A DNA stretch of 64,000 bases from the NCBI GenBank assembly GCA_951406725.2, contig OX597815.1:372001-436000 (forward strand), read 5' to 3'. Below are positions 1-12,039 of the stretch, in pieces. The DNA is from Octopus vulgaris (taxonomy: Eukaryota). A model generated the notes under the pieces. That model was not told the origin of the DNA, searched no databases, and saw only the letters and a list, made by a program, of their open reading frames with translations. Position 1 is the first letter of the stretch. Each line of letters opens with the position of its first letter. Position numbers and translations under genes: made by a program.

Positions 1-45
1 TACTACACACACACACACACACACACACACATGATGTTTGTATAG

Positions 46-403
46 ACATGGCTGTGTGGTTAAGAAGTAAGAAGCTTGCTTTTTAGCCTTGTGGTTTAGG
101 GTTCAGACCCTTTGTACACCACCTAAGGCAAGTGTCTTCTAGCCCCAGGCCAACCTATACCTTGTGAGTGGATTTGGCAGATGGAAACTGTGTGGAACCA
201 TTCTGTATGTGTGTTTGTGTTTGCTATCACCACCTGACAACTGGTGTTGGTTTGTTTATGCTTGTAATGTTGTTGATTACCAAAAGTGATCAATGAAATG
301 AGTAGTTTTTGAAAGCAAGTGCTGAGGTTTTGATTTGTTCAGCTAAAAACTCTTGAAGCCAATGCACCAGCATGGCCACAATCAATGACTGAAACAAGTA
401 AGA
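46..403 (+). mobile_element. SINE family A copy (diverged)
   Basis: Collinear with 57354-57746. Confidence 0.8.
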
Positions 404-423
404 GGACATATGTGTGTGCGTAG

Positions 424-736
424 AAGGTTGAAAAAGAACACGAGTTGATATGTATAAGGAAAATAAGACAAGGTTAGAAAATGCTAAAATAATTTAATCA
501 TGAAAAACATTTTGGTCCAGGTTTCAGTCACTGTGACTTTTTCAACTTGAAAAACAATTAAATTGTGGAAAAATGAAATGAAATGTTTTTTTTTTTAAAT
601 ATATATTTCCATAGTTTTCAAATGCTAGGGAGATTTTCCTTTTTTCTATCTGTCTCTGTCTTCCCTTTTAACTCTTGTGGGTTCTAGGTAGTTAGCAGCA
701 GCTAGTTTGATATGAATTCTTGTCTTTGATTGATTA

Positions 737-768
<32 letters not shown>

Positions 769-2044
769 AGAAAGGAGGCAGTGGAGAAGATGAAGAAGAA
801 AAGAATGCGGGAGTGGTATGACAGCAGGATGTGATAGAATCCACTTGAATGGTCAAGTGACCGAAAAGGGACTGGTTGAGGATGATAGTAGTGATTGAAA
901 TCATTCTGAATAAATTCTTGAGGCAACTGTTTTGAATATATCATTTTTAATATTTGTGTGGGTGTTATTCTAAGGCCCTAGTGACAGTGTCATTTACTGT
1001 GGATGCATTCAAAAGGGGTTGGTATTTTGTATTGTCCCTGAATTGATAGAGGGGAAAGATTCTGAAGCTTGGTTGTTTGTTATTGGTGCAAATGTCGATA
1101 TGTTTGCTGAATGCTATTTTTCTGTTTTTTCTGAATTTTGATCTGGGACCTGTGCAGAGCCATCCTTTGATGTAGACTGTTTTTGGTTTGGTCTATGTAT
1201 TGGTCTCGATTCCGAGAGCAGGTTAATATGTATGTCAGGTTCTCCAAAGCACATGTGCAGTTGCTTTTCACTGTGAAATGTTGACCTTGTTTGAAAGAGA
1301 ACTCTGATCCCTCAATTAGATTGATGCATATACCACAGTTAGGTCTTCCACATTTTTTTTTACTGACGGCTTCAGTGTTGTTGTTGAGCATACTCGGGCT
1401 TGTGTTAGAGTTTTCATAGATTTAGGCTGTATCTTGCTTTTTATGATGGTGTGCATTTGGAAAATTAAATTCATTTTGTGGTCCCTTTTTAGTAGGGGAA
1501 TGTTTTGGAGGATGGTGTCAAAGGCTTCATTGTTAAGAAGGTTATGTGTGGAGATGTATGGTAGGGCTTTTGGTTGTAAATCCCTTTAATTTAGGTTGTC
1601 TAAGTTTGTGGATATTGAGTTGTAGGGCATGTTGAAAGTGGGTAGTTGCTGGTAATGAGTGTATCCTTTAGTTCATGTAGTCATGTGTCCCTGGTGCTTG
1701 ATTTAGAAACTATAGTACAAATCCTTTTTGCTAGGTTGAAAGGGATATTAGTTCTAGTGTGTCTGGGGTGACATGAGTTGAATGGCAGATATTGCTAGGA
1801 GTCCGTTGGCTTATAGTATATATCTGTTTCTATTTCGTTGTTAGATTTCTTAATGAGGATGTTGAGGAAAGGAAGTTCTTGATAGCTATATTCCATCGTG
1901 AATTGAATGTTTACATCAAATCCATTTATAAGAGCTTGAAATTCTTTAAGTCTCTCTATACTTTCATGCCAAAGAATGAAACAGTCATCCAGGTATCTCT
2001 TCCAGTTATTTTCTATGTAGGAGAATGGATTGCCGTATTTTTCT
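424..2044 (-). mobile_element. 5'-truncated Penelope-like element (RT C-terminus + GIY-YIG)
   Basis: Minus strand reads NWKRYLDDCFILW...IQFTMEYSYQELPFLNILI...TDIYYKPTDS*QYLP (about 1790-2040), then CGRPNCGIC...CTCALENLTYILTC...YIDQTKNSLHQRMALHRSQI (1080-1391). Confidence 0.88.
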
Positions 2045-3200
2045 AGTACTCTAAAAGCATAGCTGCTAGAATAAGAATAGGTTGGGACTCTCCCTCAGAG
2101 TGAAAGCAGATTGTATGATGCGTGTGTGTGTGAACAGCCATGTTACACAGCAATGAAATATGGGCTGTGACTGCTGAGGGCATGCATAGGTTTATAAGAA
2201 ATGAAGCTAGTATGCTCCGCTGGATGTATAATGTCAGTGTGCATACTCGACAGGGTGTAAGCACCCTGAGAGAAAAGTTAAGCATAAAAAGCATCAGATG
2301 TCGTGTGCAAGAGAGACAACTGTGCTGGTATGGTCATGTGATGCGTATGGATGAGGAGAGCTGTGTGAAAAAGTGTTGCACTCTGTGGAGGGAACCTGTA
2401 GAAGAGATAGATCCAGGAAGACATGGGATGAGGTGGTGAAGCACAACCTTTGAATGTTGGGTTTCACAGAGGCAATGACAAGCAACTCAGACCTTTGGAG
2501 ATATGCCATGCTAGAGGAGACCCATCAAGCCAAGTGAGATCATCATCATGGCTGATGCCAGTGTCACATAACTGGCTTGTTAAAAGCAGCCTTTAATCAT
2601 TGGGTGTTATGCTGTGCTTGTGAAGACTTGTTGAAGCAGGTGAAATCATAGTCATGGCTGATACCAGTGCCATCTGATTGGCACCTGTGCCAGTGACACA
2701 TAAAAAGCACCAATTATACGTTGGGCCTTGTGAAGGCAGTGAGGTCAAGCCAAGTGAGTTCATAGTCGTAGCCAAAGCCAAGTGAGTTCATAGTTGTAGC
2801 CAATGCCAGTGTTGTGTGCTTGTGAAGACCTGTCGAACCAAGTGAAATCGTAGTCATGCCTGATGCCAGTGCCGGTGGCATGTAAAAAGCACCGTTTGAG
2901 CATTGGGCCTGATGGAGGCAGTGAAAAGTGACAAAGACCCTTGGCAATATATGCTGTGCTTGTGCTGATCTGTGAAGCCAAGTGAGACAGTAGCTGTGGC
3001 CAATGCCGGTGTCAGGTCAATGGCAACTGTGCTGGTGAAAAAATACCTACTACACTTATGGAGTGGCTGGCGTTAGGAAGGGCATCCAGCCATAGAAACC
3101 TTGCCAAATCAGATTGTATCCCCCCAGTTTACCACTTTTCAGTCAAACCGCCCAACACATGCCAGCATGGAAAGCGGCTGTTAAACGATGATGATGAGGA
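2045..3200 (+). mobile_element. RTE LINE 3' fragment
   Basis: RNEASMLRWM...QERQLCWYGHVMRMDEES; 3' UTR; (GAT)n tail; abuts the PLE. Confidence 0.85.
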
Positions 3201-3859
3201 TAATGACTCCACATCCATAACCTAAGGTCTATACTTTCCACTTCTAATAAACATAAGCTTGGCCCCCTAATCATAGGCCCTTAGAATCACCCGCTGAGCT
3301 TCCACCTTAACCATTTTAAAGGTAACATCATAATCTTGGACAATCCCACCATTTACCTCAGCAATCACCTGAACACCACTAACACCCTTCAAAGTAGCAT
3401 CTTTAGGAGCAGTAACTACAGTGAGGTGAATCTGAAACATTATCCCCCCGACTCTGATAACCCTTAGGGACACTTTAATCCAACATTTGTTTTTGAATCC
3501 CTCTATTGCTGTTGCATCATCCAACCGAACCTGTAATGTTGTAGACTTTACTGTCAACTTGGAAAATGTGGATTTTCTTAGTGCAAATTGTTTGGGTTCT
3601 GGAATTAATACCATCCATGACAACCTTTGTGGACTAGCTCCACCTATTAACAATAATCATAAGCCTGACTTCTCCCTAACCATGCAAAACCTCCCACCTT
3701 AACAGGAGTGATGCTAATACCTTTCTTTCTATCTATGATGAGTGACAATATAAATCACAGTAAGATATTTAGGATGCCCCCATCAACCGGTGGTAGGAAA
3801 ACTTGTAATTGTTGAGTTTCTGAAAATTGTCCTTTGAATAGCTAATGCCCACATTATAA

Positions 3860-4373
3860 TCTATATATATAAAACTGTAGTTGTGTGAGTGTCTGTCCCC
3901 TTCGATTTAAATTCCTAACTACTCCCACATTTTGCGGTACAGTTTAACCAAATTCGGGTAGCTTATAGTCGTGATTCATATTGAGCCCGTCTGAGTATTA
4001 GCGCGCGTCTACGATGAGTCTACGATTTTAAAAATAATTTAACATCATTTTTTATTCCATTTTAATGCATAATTTTTCGTGTGTCAATGGCGGCGGAGTT
4101 GGCGTCCATGGTCACACCTGCACCTGTTTGCTTCTCCCCCTTCTTCCCTCCCTTCGTGAAGCTGTGGGGAAGGGAGTGTAAGGAAATCAACATCGTAAAG
4201 TGTTGTCAAGGAGACCAGCATTCTTTTAGAACAACGACTTCATGGCTTGAAGACACCAAAACAGAAATGGCTAAGAAAGCCCGAATTGGCATCTATAAGG
4301 GAAGTAACTCTCTAAAAATGCTTATATAGTTATTTCCCTTACAAACCCGAGCAACGCTGGGCGATACTGCTAG
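3860..4373 (+). mobile_element. Non-autonomous Helitron
   Basis: A|TCTATATATATAAAA...cccgagcaacgctggg hairpin...CTAG|T; insertion between A and T with no TSD. Confidence 0.85.
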
Positions 4374-5019
4374 TTATGTATAAATGTACAATCACAGGTT
4401 TGGGTGTACATTGGAGATGTGACTGACTTCAAGTGATGCTGCTTTGCATGCTTGGGCTTCTTAAATAGAGCTTCAAAATAATCTTTCTTTGCCACCTACA
4501 TACACTGTCTTTCAAGACTCAGGGTGCACCTTATACCGTTTGGCCTATAATTTGTGGTTAAACCCCCCTACAATGCAAATAATCACATCTAAATTAGGTT
4601 ATTGGGAGTCACTCACTATGCTATGTCAAAATGTGACCTCTTTATTTAATTGGTTCTCTGGTGTAATCTTTGCTTGTAGATACAAATTCTACAGTGCCTT
4701 TGCTCATTATGTAAAATCATTATAATTTTTCCTTGTTTTAGCTAAAATTATCTTTTATCCATTGTATCTTTTTTCTTTTACTACCTCACTACTCTCTGAC
4801 CACAATTTTCCACTCTGCTCTATCCTCCATTTGAAACCTCTCACTGTTGCTTTACCTGCTAGAGATAGCAACCTAAATGCTCTTACATCAGATCCCAATG
4901 CTGGATGTCCAAGAACCAAATGAAAGGAAGATTTCCAATCCCAGGATCATCCTGATTCTAAAAAGGTATATGTCTATGTAGAGCAAATGTAGACTGAGAT
5001 ACAGGGGTCCCACATGGAC

Positions 5020-7893
5020 AGACAGAATTCCACTTTTATTATTATAGACATATATGTAAGGTAAACAAATGTCAGCTTGAGGCATGTTATGACATGGAGC
5101 ACAAAGTACAGATTAAAAAGAAAAAAAAGAACAGAATTATGTAGTCTTATTTCAACAGCTGTTTCAAGAGAGCTATCATTTATATGATAAACATGTTCAC
5201 ATGTGATATGTGCTTGATGTCCTAGGTGTGTGTCTGACTGCCATCTGCAGTCCTTCCCTGCTGCATCTGCTTCTCTCCTTGCTTGTGCCTCCTCTGATGT
5301 CTCTGCTGCTCTTTTCTCTCTTTTCCTAAGACCTCTGGTCTTAGAACCTTTCCAATGCATTTTCTACAAGAGTAAGAAATAAAATGAAATTCTGCAATTC
5401 ACACCATGGAACTTCAGAAACTCACATTAACTCTAAATCAGGCTGAAAGCATAATGTGGCTCAAAGTCAGATGCAGCCAAAAGTCCAATGTGGCAGAAAG
5501 TTTGATCAAGCAAAAGGTCCAATCTGGGCTGAAATTTAAACTTCTTATTCACAAATTCCACAGAACTTTGAAACCTCACAAACAGGAAATCTCTCACTCT
5601 AACTTGGATCTAGTTTTAAATGAACTGAATTGAAAATATTTCTTGAACTCACAAAGTTTTGGTATTAACTTGAAAAAGTTTTCATCAGTTTTCTGACAGA
5701 CAGACAGACAATGTCGTGTTTATTATCATAGCTAAGGGAGATAACTCTTGTAAACCTCTCACTGATTTAGAGTTAATGTGAGTTTCTGAAGTTCCATGGT
5801 GTGAATTGCAGAATTTCATTTTATTTCTTACTCTTGTAGAAAATGCCTTGGAAAGGTTCTAAGACCAGAGGTCTTAGGAAAAGAGAGAAAAGAGCAGCAG
5901 AGACATCAGAGGAGGCACAAGCAAGGAGAGAAGCAGATGCAGCAGGGAAAGACTGCAGATGGCAGTCAGACTCTAACGAGAGAAGGAGGTGCAGAAGATG
6001 AGTCAGACTTTCTTAAGGCTGATGAGACTGATGAGCATTAGGATCAGATCCTTGAGGAAGCTGCTGCAATTAGATCACCTGAGCAAATGAGAAACCTATT
6101 TGCCATCCTGACTGCTACATGTGATCTTTCCAATCCGAAGGAACTGTGGGAGAAATACCAGGATTGTTTGAGTGAAGATATCCTCTGTCAAATGCAACTT
6201 GCTCATCCAGGATTAGAATCAATGGCTACGGATCAAGAAGTTGCCAATTTGGACATTGTATGGAATTGAAGACAATGTTATTAATGTTTGTCAGGATGAG
6301 GAGTTTGGATTGCTAAAGCCAAACAAAGAGACACAGGTCCATTTAGAGAAATTGGATCCAACATTCAGGACCTGGAAGGTTATGGTGTCGACAGTGAGCC
6401 TTTTCTTAAGGGATTTTCTTTCTGGATGTTCCTGGTGGAACTGAGAAAACACTTGTTATGAATCTACTGTTGGCTTCAGTCAGAATGCAGAAGAAAGTGG
6501 CTTTTGCTGTGACATCACCTTGCATTGCTGCAACCGTCCTTCTTGCTGGAAGAACTGCACACTCCACTTTTAGCATTCCATTTCATTTGAAGAAGTTTGA
6601 AAATCCAGTCTGCTCCTCCATCAAAAGAGGAACCCACAAGGCTCAGCTCCTCAAAAACACTTCTTTCCTTGTTTGGGGTGAATGAGCTATGGCTCACAAA
6701 CATACATTGGAAGCTCTGAACAGGACACTAAAAGATATCAGGCAAAACGACAAAGTCATGGGTGGTGCCACAATGCTTATGTTGGGAAACTTTAGACAAG
6801 CCTCCTCCCAGTAATTACGAGAGAGACTCCAGCTGGTGAGCTTCATGCCTGTTTGAAGAATTCCTACCTCTGGCTTAGAATATCACTTAGCCAAAACATG
6901 AGAGTCAGTTTATTCAGAGATTTGGATGCTGGGAGATTTGTAGCTCAGCTCCTAAATCTGGGAAATGGAAGCATTTAGCAAGACATTAATAGAGACATCA
7001 CTTTTCCAAATGGCTGAGGCTTTTTGCTCAAAACTGTAGAAGGGTTGATTACCAAGATTTACTCAATCATTGGACATAATTTTCAAGACCATCATTGGCT
7101 TTGTTAAAGAGCCATACTTGCACCAAAGAATGAAACGGTCTGGGTTGTCAATTTGGAAACTTATGCAATCAATCAATACTGATGAAAAAAATTATTTCTC
7201 AGTTGATCCTGTTGTGGACCCTAATTGGGCTGTGAATGGAATCCTATTGAGTTTCTTAACTCTTTGGATCCTCTTGGAATGCCTTCTCACAAACTGACAT
7301 TGAAGAAAGGAGTTCCAATCATGCTTTTGAGAAATCTGGATCCCCCGAACCAGTGCAATGGAACAAGACTGATTGTTAGGCAAAGGCATCCACATCTTTT
7401 GGAAGCAACAATCCTCACTAGAAAAGGAAAGGGAGAAAATGTATTTATTCCAAGAATTCCACTGATTCCAGCAGACATTCCCTTTCAATTCAAGAGATTT
7501 CAATTTCCAGTAAGAGTTAGTTTTGCAATGTCAAGTAACAATAGTTAAGGATAATCACTGAAAATTGTTGGACTTCACCTCATGCAGCAGTGCTTTTCCC
7601 ATGGCCAGCTCTATGCTGGTTGTTCCAGGGTTGGAAATGGCAACATTCTCTTCATGCTAACACCAAATGGTAAAAGCAAGAATGTTGTTCATTCTGCTGC
7701 TTTACAGTGATCTCTAAATGTCTCAGTAATACAAAATTCTCCGAATGTGGTACTTTGTGATATAAATCTGAGATGGTAGGGTACCAATAAATGCTTTATT
7801 ATTATTTCTCTCTTCAGTTTTGGGCCAAAGGTCCAATTAGCCCTCCGCAGGAGCTAGCTAAAAAGCCCACATAGTGTGCAGGTTTTAAGCTAG
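5020..7893 (+). mobile_element. Decayed Helitron with Pif1-like helicase and rearranged 5' region
   Basis: RNLFAIL..C..SNPKELW; LDVPGGTEKT (degenerate Walker A); GRTAHSTF; LKKGVPIMLLRNLD...CNGTRL; FKRFQFPVRVSFAM; CFSHGQLYAGCSRV; 3' hairpin plus CTAG at 7890-7893; Rep domain not seen. Confidence 0.88.
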
Positions 7894-7900
7894 CATATAT

Positions 7901-10900
7901 CATCATCGTCATCATCATCATCATCGTTTAACATCCGCTTACCATGCTAGCATGGGTTGGACGATTTGACTGAGGACTGGCGAACCAGATGGCTGCACCA
8001 GGCTCCAATCTGATCTGGCAGTGTTTCTACAGCTCGATGCCCTTCCTAATGCCAACCACTCCAAGAGTGTAGTGGGTGCTTTTACGTGTCACTGGCATGA
8101 GGGTTAGTCAGACAGTACTGGCAACAGCCACACTCGAATGTCTTTTCACATGCCACTGGCACAAGTGCCAGTAAGGCAACGCTGTTAACGATTATGCTCG
8201 AATGGTGCTTTTTACTTGTCACCGGCATGGAAGCCAGTCAGCTGCTCTGGCAGCGATCACGCTTTGATGGTGCTTTTAACACTCCACTGGCACAGGTGCC
8301 AGTCATCGAACTTGATTCACTTTCAATTTCACTTGCCTCAACAGGTCATCGCAAAGGTATGCATAAGTGGGCTGGTTACACCCCTGGCATAGGCCATGAG
8401 GTTATGGAATCATTTGGCTTGCTGGGTCTTCTCACACACAGCATACTTCCAAAGGTCTCAGTCACTAGTCATTGCCTCAGTGAGGCCTAATGTTCAAAGG
8501 TTGTGCTTCACCACCTCTATCAAGTATGCACACTGACATTACACATCCAGTGGAGCATACTGGCTTCATTCCTTGTGAGCTTACGCATGTCCTTAGCATG
8601 GTCATGGCCCATGTTTCACTGCCATGTAGCATGGTTTTTTGTAAACATGTGTCATACAGTCTACCTTTTACTCTGAGTGAGAGGCCCTTTGCCACCAGCA
8701 GAGGTAAGAGCTCTCTGAACTTTGCCCTGGCTATTCTTATTCTAGCAGCTACACTTTCAGCGCACCTACCCCCGCTACTGACTTGGTCGCCCAGATAATG
8801 GAAGCTATCAACTACTTCTAGTTTTTCTCCCTGGAATGTGGCGGGAGTTGGTCTCTGCGCATTTTCAGTGTTTATTGCTCCTGAGCATCTGCCACATACA
8901 AAAACTATCTTCCCAGTTAACCTTCCTTTGATATTGCTGCACCTCTTATGTGTTCATAGCTTACACAGGGTACATCTTATAGAGTTTCTACCTATGCCTT
9001 TTCTACAGATCAAGAAGGGCCATCTACCTGAAGGGATTTGAGGTTTGTCTGCCTTCCTACTTATTAGGACTTTGGTTTTAGCTAGGTTGACTCTAAGGCC
9101 CTTCGATTCTAATCCTTGCTTCCACACCTCAAACTTTTCCTCTATTTCTGATAGTGACTCAGCAATTAAAGCAAGGTCGTCAGCATAGAGGAGCTCCCAG
9201 GGGCATCCTGTCTTGAATTCCTCCGTAATTGCCTGGAGGACTATGATAAATAGGAGGGGGCTGAGGACTGAACCTTGGTGGACCCCTACCTCTACCCGGA
9301 ATTCTTCACTGTACTCGTTGCCAACCCTCACCTTACTAGCAGCTCTCACTAGCCATTCATCTATTCCTAGTTTCCTCATTGACCACCAGATAAGGGATCG
9401 GGGGACCCTGTCAAAGACTTTCTCCATGTCAATGAAAGCCAGGTACAGAGGTTTATCTTTGGCCAGATATTTCTCCTGCAGCTGTCTTATCAGGAATATA
9501 GCATCAGTGGTGCTTTTCCCTGGCATGAACCCAAACTGCATCTCACCTAACCTGACTCTCTCCCTAATCAGTTGGGCTATGACCCTCTCCGTGACATTCA
9601 TTACCTGATCCAACAACTTGATACCGCTGTAATTATTTGTATCTAAAGCGTCAACTTTACCTTTGTAGCAGTTGATTATTATGCTGCTACACCAGTCATT
9701 GGGAATGACTCCTTCGTGTATCACCTGGTTAACTATACGGGAGACTAGGCTATAGCCGACACTGCCAGATATTTTGAGCATCTCTGCAGTGATTCCTGAT
9801 GGGCTGGTGGCATTCCCTGTCTTCATACTCTTGATTGCTTTATAATAATAATAATAATAATAAGAATAATTGTGTACAGTGCTCAGGTGCACTACAACTC
9901 ATCTAAAGTGTATATATAATCAGGTGAAGTTTCGGCGGATTTCGGAAAGCATGAGGGCCTTAAAAGATGCAGTGTCATGGCAGTCAACAACTGACGCAGG
10001 CAGTTTATTCCATGCTTCAGCAACTCTGAGCGTGAAAAAATGTTTCCGAAAGTCATGGGAGCTGTATTGTTTTCTGACTTTGTAGGCATGTCCACGTGTG
10101 TTAGACACATGGAGATCAAAAAGGTGTTCAGTGTTGTTGTTGGTGAGGTGGTTGATAACTTTGTGGGTGTTTACCAAGTCCGTCGCCAAACGCCGGAGCT
10201 TCAGTGAATCCATGCCCAGGGAAACAAGGCGCTCAGAATATGGTAGGTGTCTGATGGAGGGTACTACCAAGGTACTGTCAATTCGGTCCCTCTGTTGGGT
10301 CGACATTCAGCAGACTCTCTTTATCCCATGCATTTTCTTTATTCAGCAACCTTTCATAGTGGCATCTCCAAACCTCTCTTTTTGCATCCTCATTTAGCGC
10401 AAGTGAACTGTCATCCTTGCGAACACATTTCTCTCCTACCACGTCTCGATTCTCTCTCACACACTGTCTTGCAACACGAAATACCTCAAGTCTTTGGTCC
10501 TCGCGGCACAGAACGTTGGCAAATTTTTTCTTATCTACTTCCCTTCTGGCTAAATAAACCTGTCTCCTAGCTTCCCTTCTGGCAGTCTGATACAATTCCC
10601 TGCTACCACCGTTCTTTCAGTCCTTCCAAGCCTGTTTCTTTTCTCTTATAGCCCTGTCAACAACATTGTTCCACACCATGTTATTTTGGGTTGAGAGGGG
10701 ACTTTGCACCATCCATAGATCTGGTCAGTGGCCCTCAGCAGGTTGTCACGTAGAGACCTCCAGTTGTCTTCTACATTGTGTGAAGCTATATCCCCTTCTA
10801 TTTCATCAAAGGCTTTGAGTAATATGTCTCTAAATCTCTGTCCATTCGCAGGATCTTTAAGCTTCCAGACCCTTCTCTTCCATGTTGGTCATCTGGGCAT

Positions 10901-11990
10901 CCATTTAGCCCTGATCCTGAAGTCGCTAACTACCAGTCTGTGTTGTGGGATACATTCTTCGCCTGGGAAGGTATTGGCATTTATAAGCAGCCATCTTTCC
11001 CTTTTTCTGGCAAGGATATAGTCAATTTGGCTAGTGTGTCTGCCAGAATGGTAGGTGACTGGCAGGTTCCCTGAAGTTGGTATTGCAAATCATAAGATCA
11101 TTTGCATCACAGAACTCCAGCAGCCTGGTTCCCTCCTCATTGCAGGAACCAGAACCGTAGCCTCCATGTATGCCATGGAAGCCCCCAGTATGTTGTCCAA
11201 CATGTCCATTGGAGTCACCAGCCACAAAGAGAAGGCCCCTGTCATTCGTCAATGAGGTAGTTTGCAAGAGGGTGTCATAAAATGGTCTTTCTGTCCATCA
11301 TCAGGTAGCCCTGGCTGAGGGGCATAGGCCGAGATAATAGTTGCTAACCCATGATGAAACATTAATCTCATCTTAAGTATTCTGTTGCATACTCTGACTA
11401 CCTCAATTACCTTATCTACCTATTTCTCCACAAGAAGTATACCCACGCCCCTGACCCCGTCAGTGTTCCCTGCTCAGAAAATCTTGTACCTGTTTTCTTT
11501 ACCTGTGAGGAACCTAGCGGAACCTCCTCTCCACCTTACTTCTTGGATGCAGCACATATTGACACATCTCCATTCAAGCATCTCAACAATCTCACCAGAC
11601 CTACCTTTCAGTGTGCCAACGTTGAGAGTGCCAACCCTGAAAGTGTGGGAGGTGTGGACCCGTGAGACCGTGGGATGTGGGAGAGCAGCTTCATATACCT
11701 AAAAAGAAAGCTCGCATTTGGCAGAATTCATAAACAAACAATAGCCTTCAGTTCAACCAGCATACACCACACCATCATATTAATGCACTATATGATCACT
11801 ACCTTAAATAGGAGATAAACTCTAATCAGGGGTGGGGAAGGCGTAAAGCCTTTAGAAGTGTTCATTGGAGACAACCAAAGGATGACAGAGGATAGGAACT
11901 TCCGGTACAGGTGGAGGGGGTGTGAGGGCGGGCGTACCGCGAACTAGCAAATTTAGACGAGGGCATCTTCTGGATACGTATTCTTTTGGT
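7901..11990 (-). mobile_element. Near-full-length RTE-clade LINE (APE + RT), disrupted
   Basis: APE start FRVGTLNVGTLKGRSGEIVEML..CIQEVRW near 11640; GDSNGHVG; RT 8954-9841 with QFGFMPGKSTTDAIF, GVHQGSVLSPLLF, LLYADDL; 3' (GAT)n tail at about 7901-7927. Confidence 0.92.
9842..10263 (-). mobile_element. CR1-group LINE 3' fragment nested in the RTE ORF
   Basis: LPYSERL..L..L..RR...DL...NTRGHAYK...FFTLRVAEAWNKLP; (TAT)n tail; splits the RTE peptide IDSTLVV|KAIKS. Confidence 0.88.
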
Positions 11991-12039
11991 GGAGGTAAAA
12001 ATAAATAAAAAATATTGAGTAGGGGAACCTGAGTGCGTG

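Noticed and set aside
6018-6040. Two adjacent CTGATGA motifs
   Set aside because: No stem II or GAAA follows; they are within the Helitron remnant
6087-7710. Cellular PIF1 gene
   Set aside because: Intronless with many stops and frameshifts, and followed by a Helitron hairpin-CTAG end
9213-9608. Plus-strand 131-aa ORF and similar ORFs opposite RT regions
   Set aside because: Antisense shadows of the RTE reverse transcriptase frame
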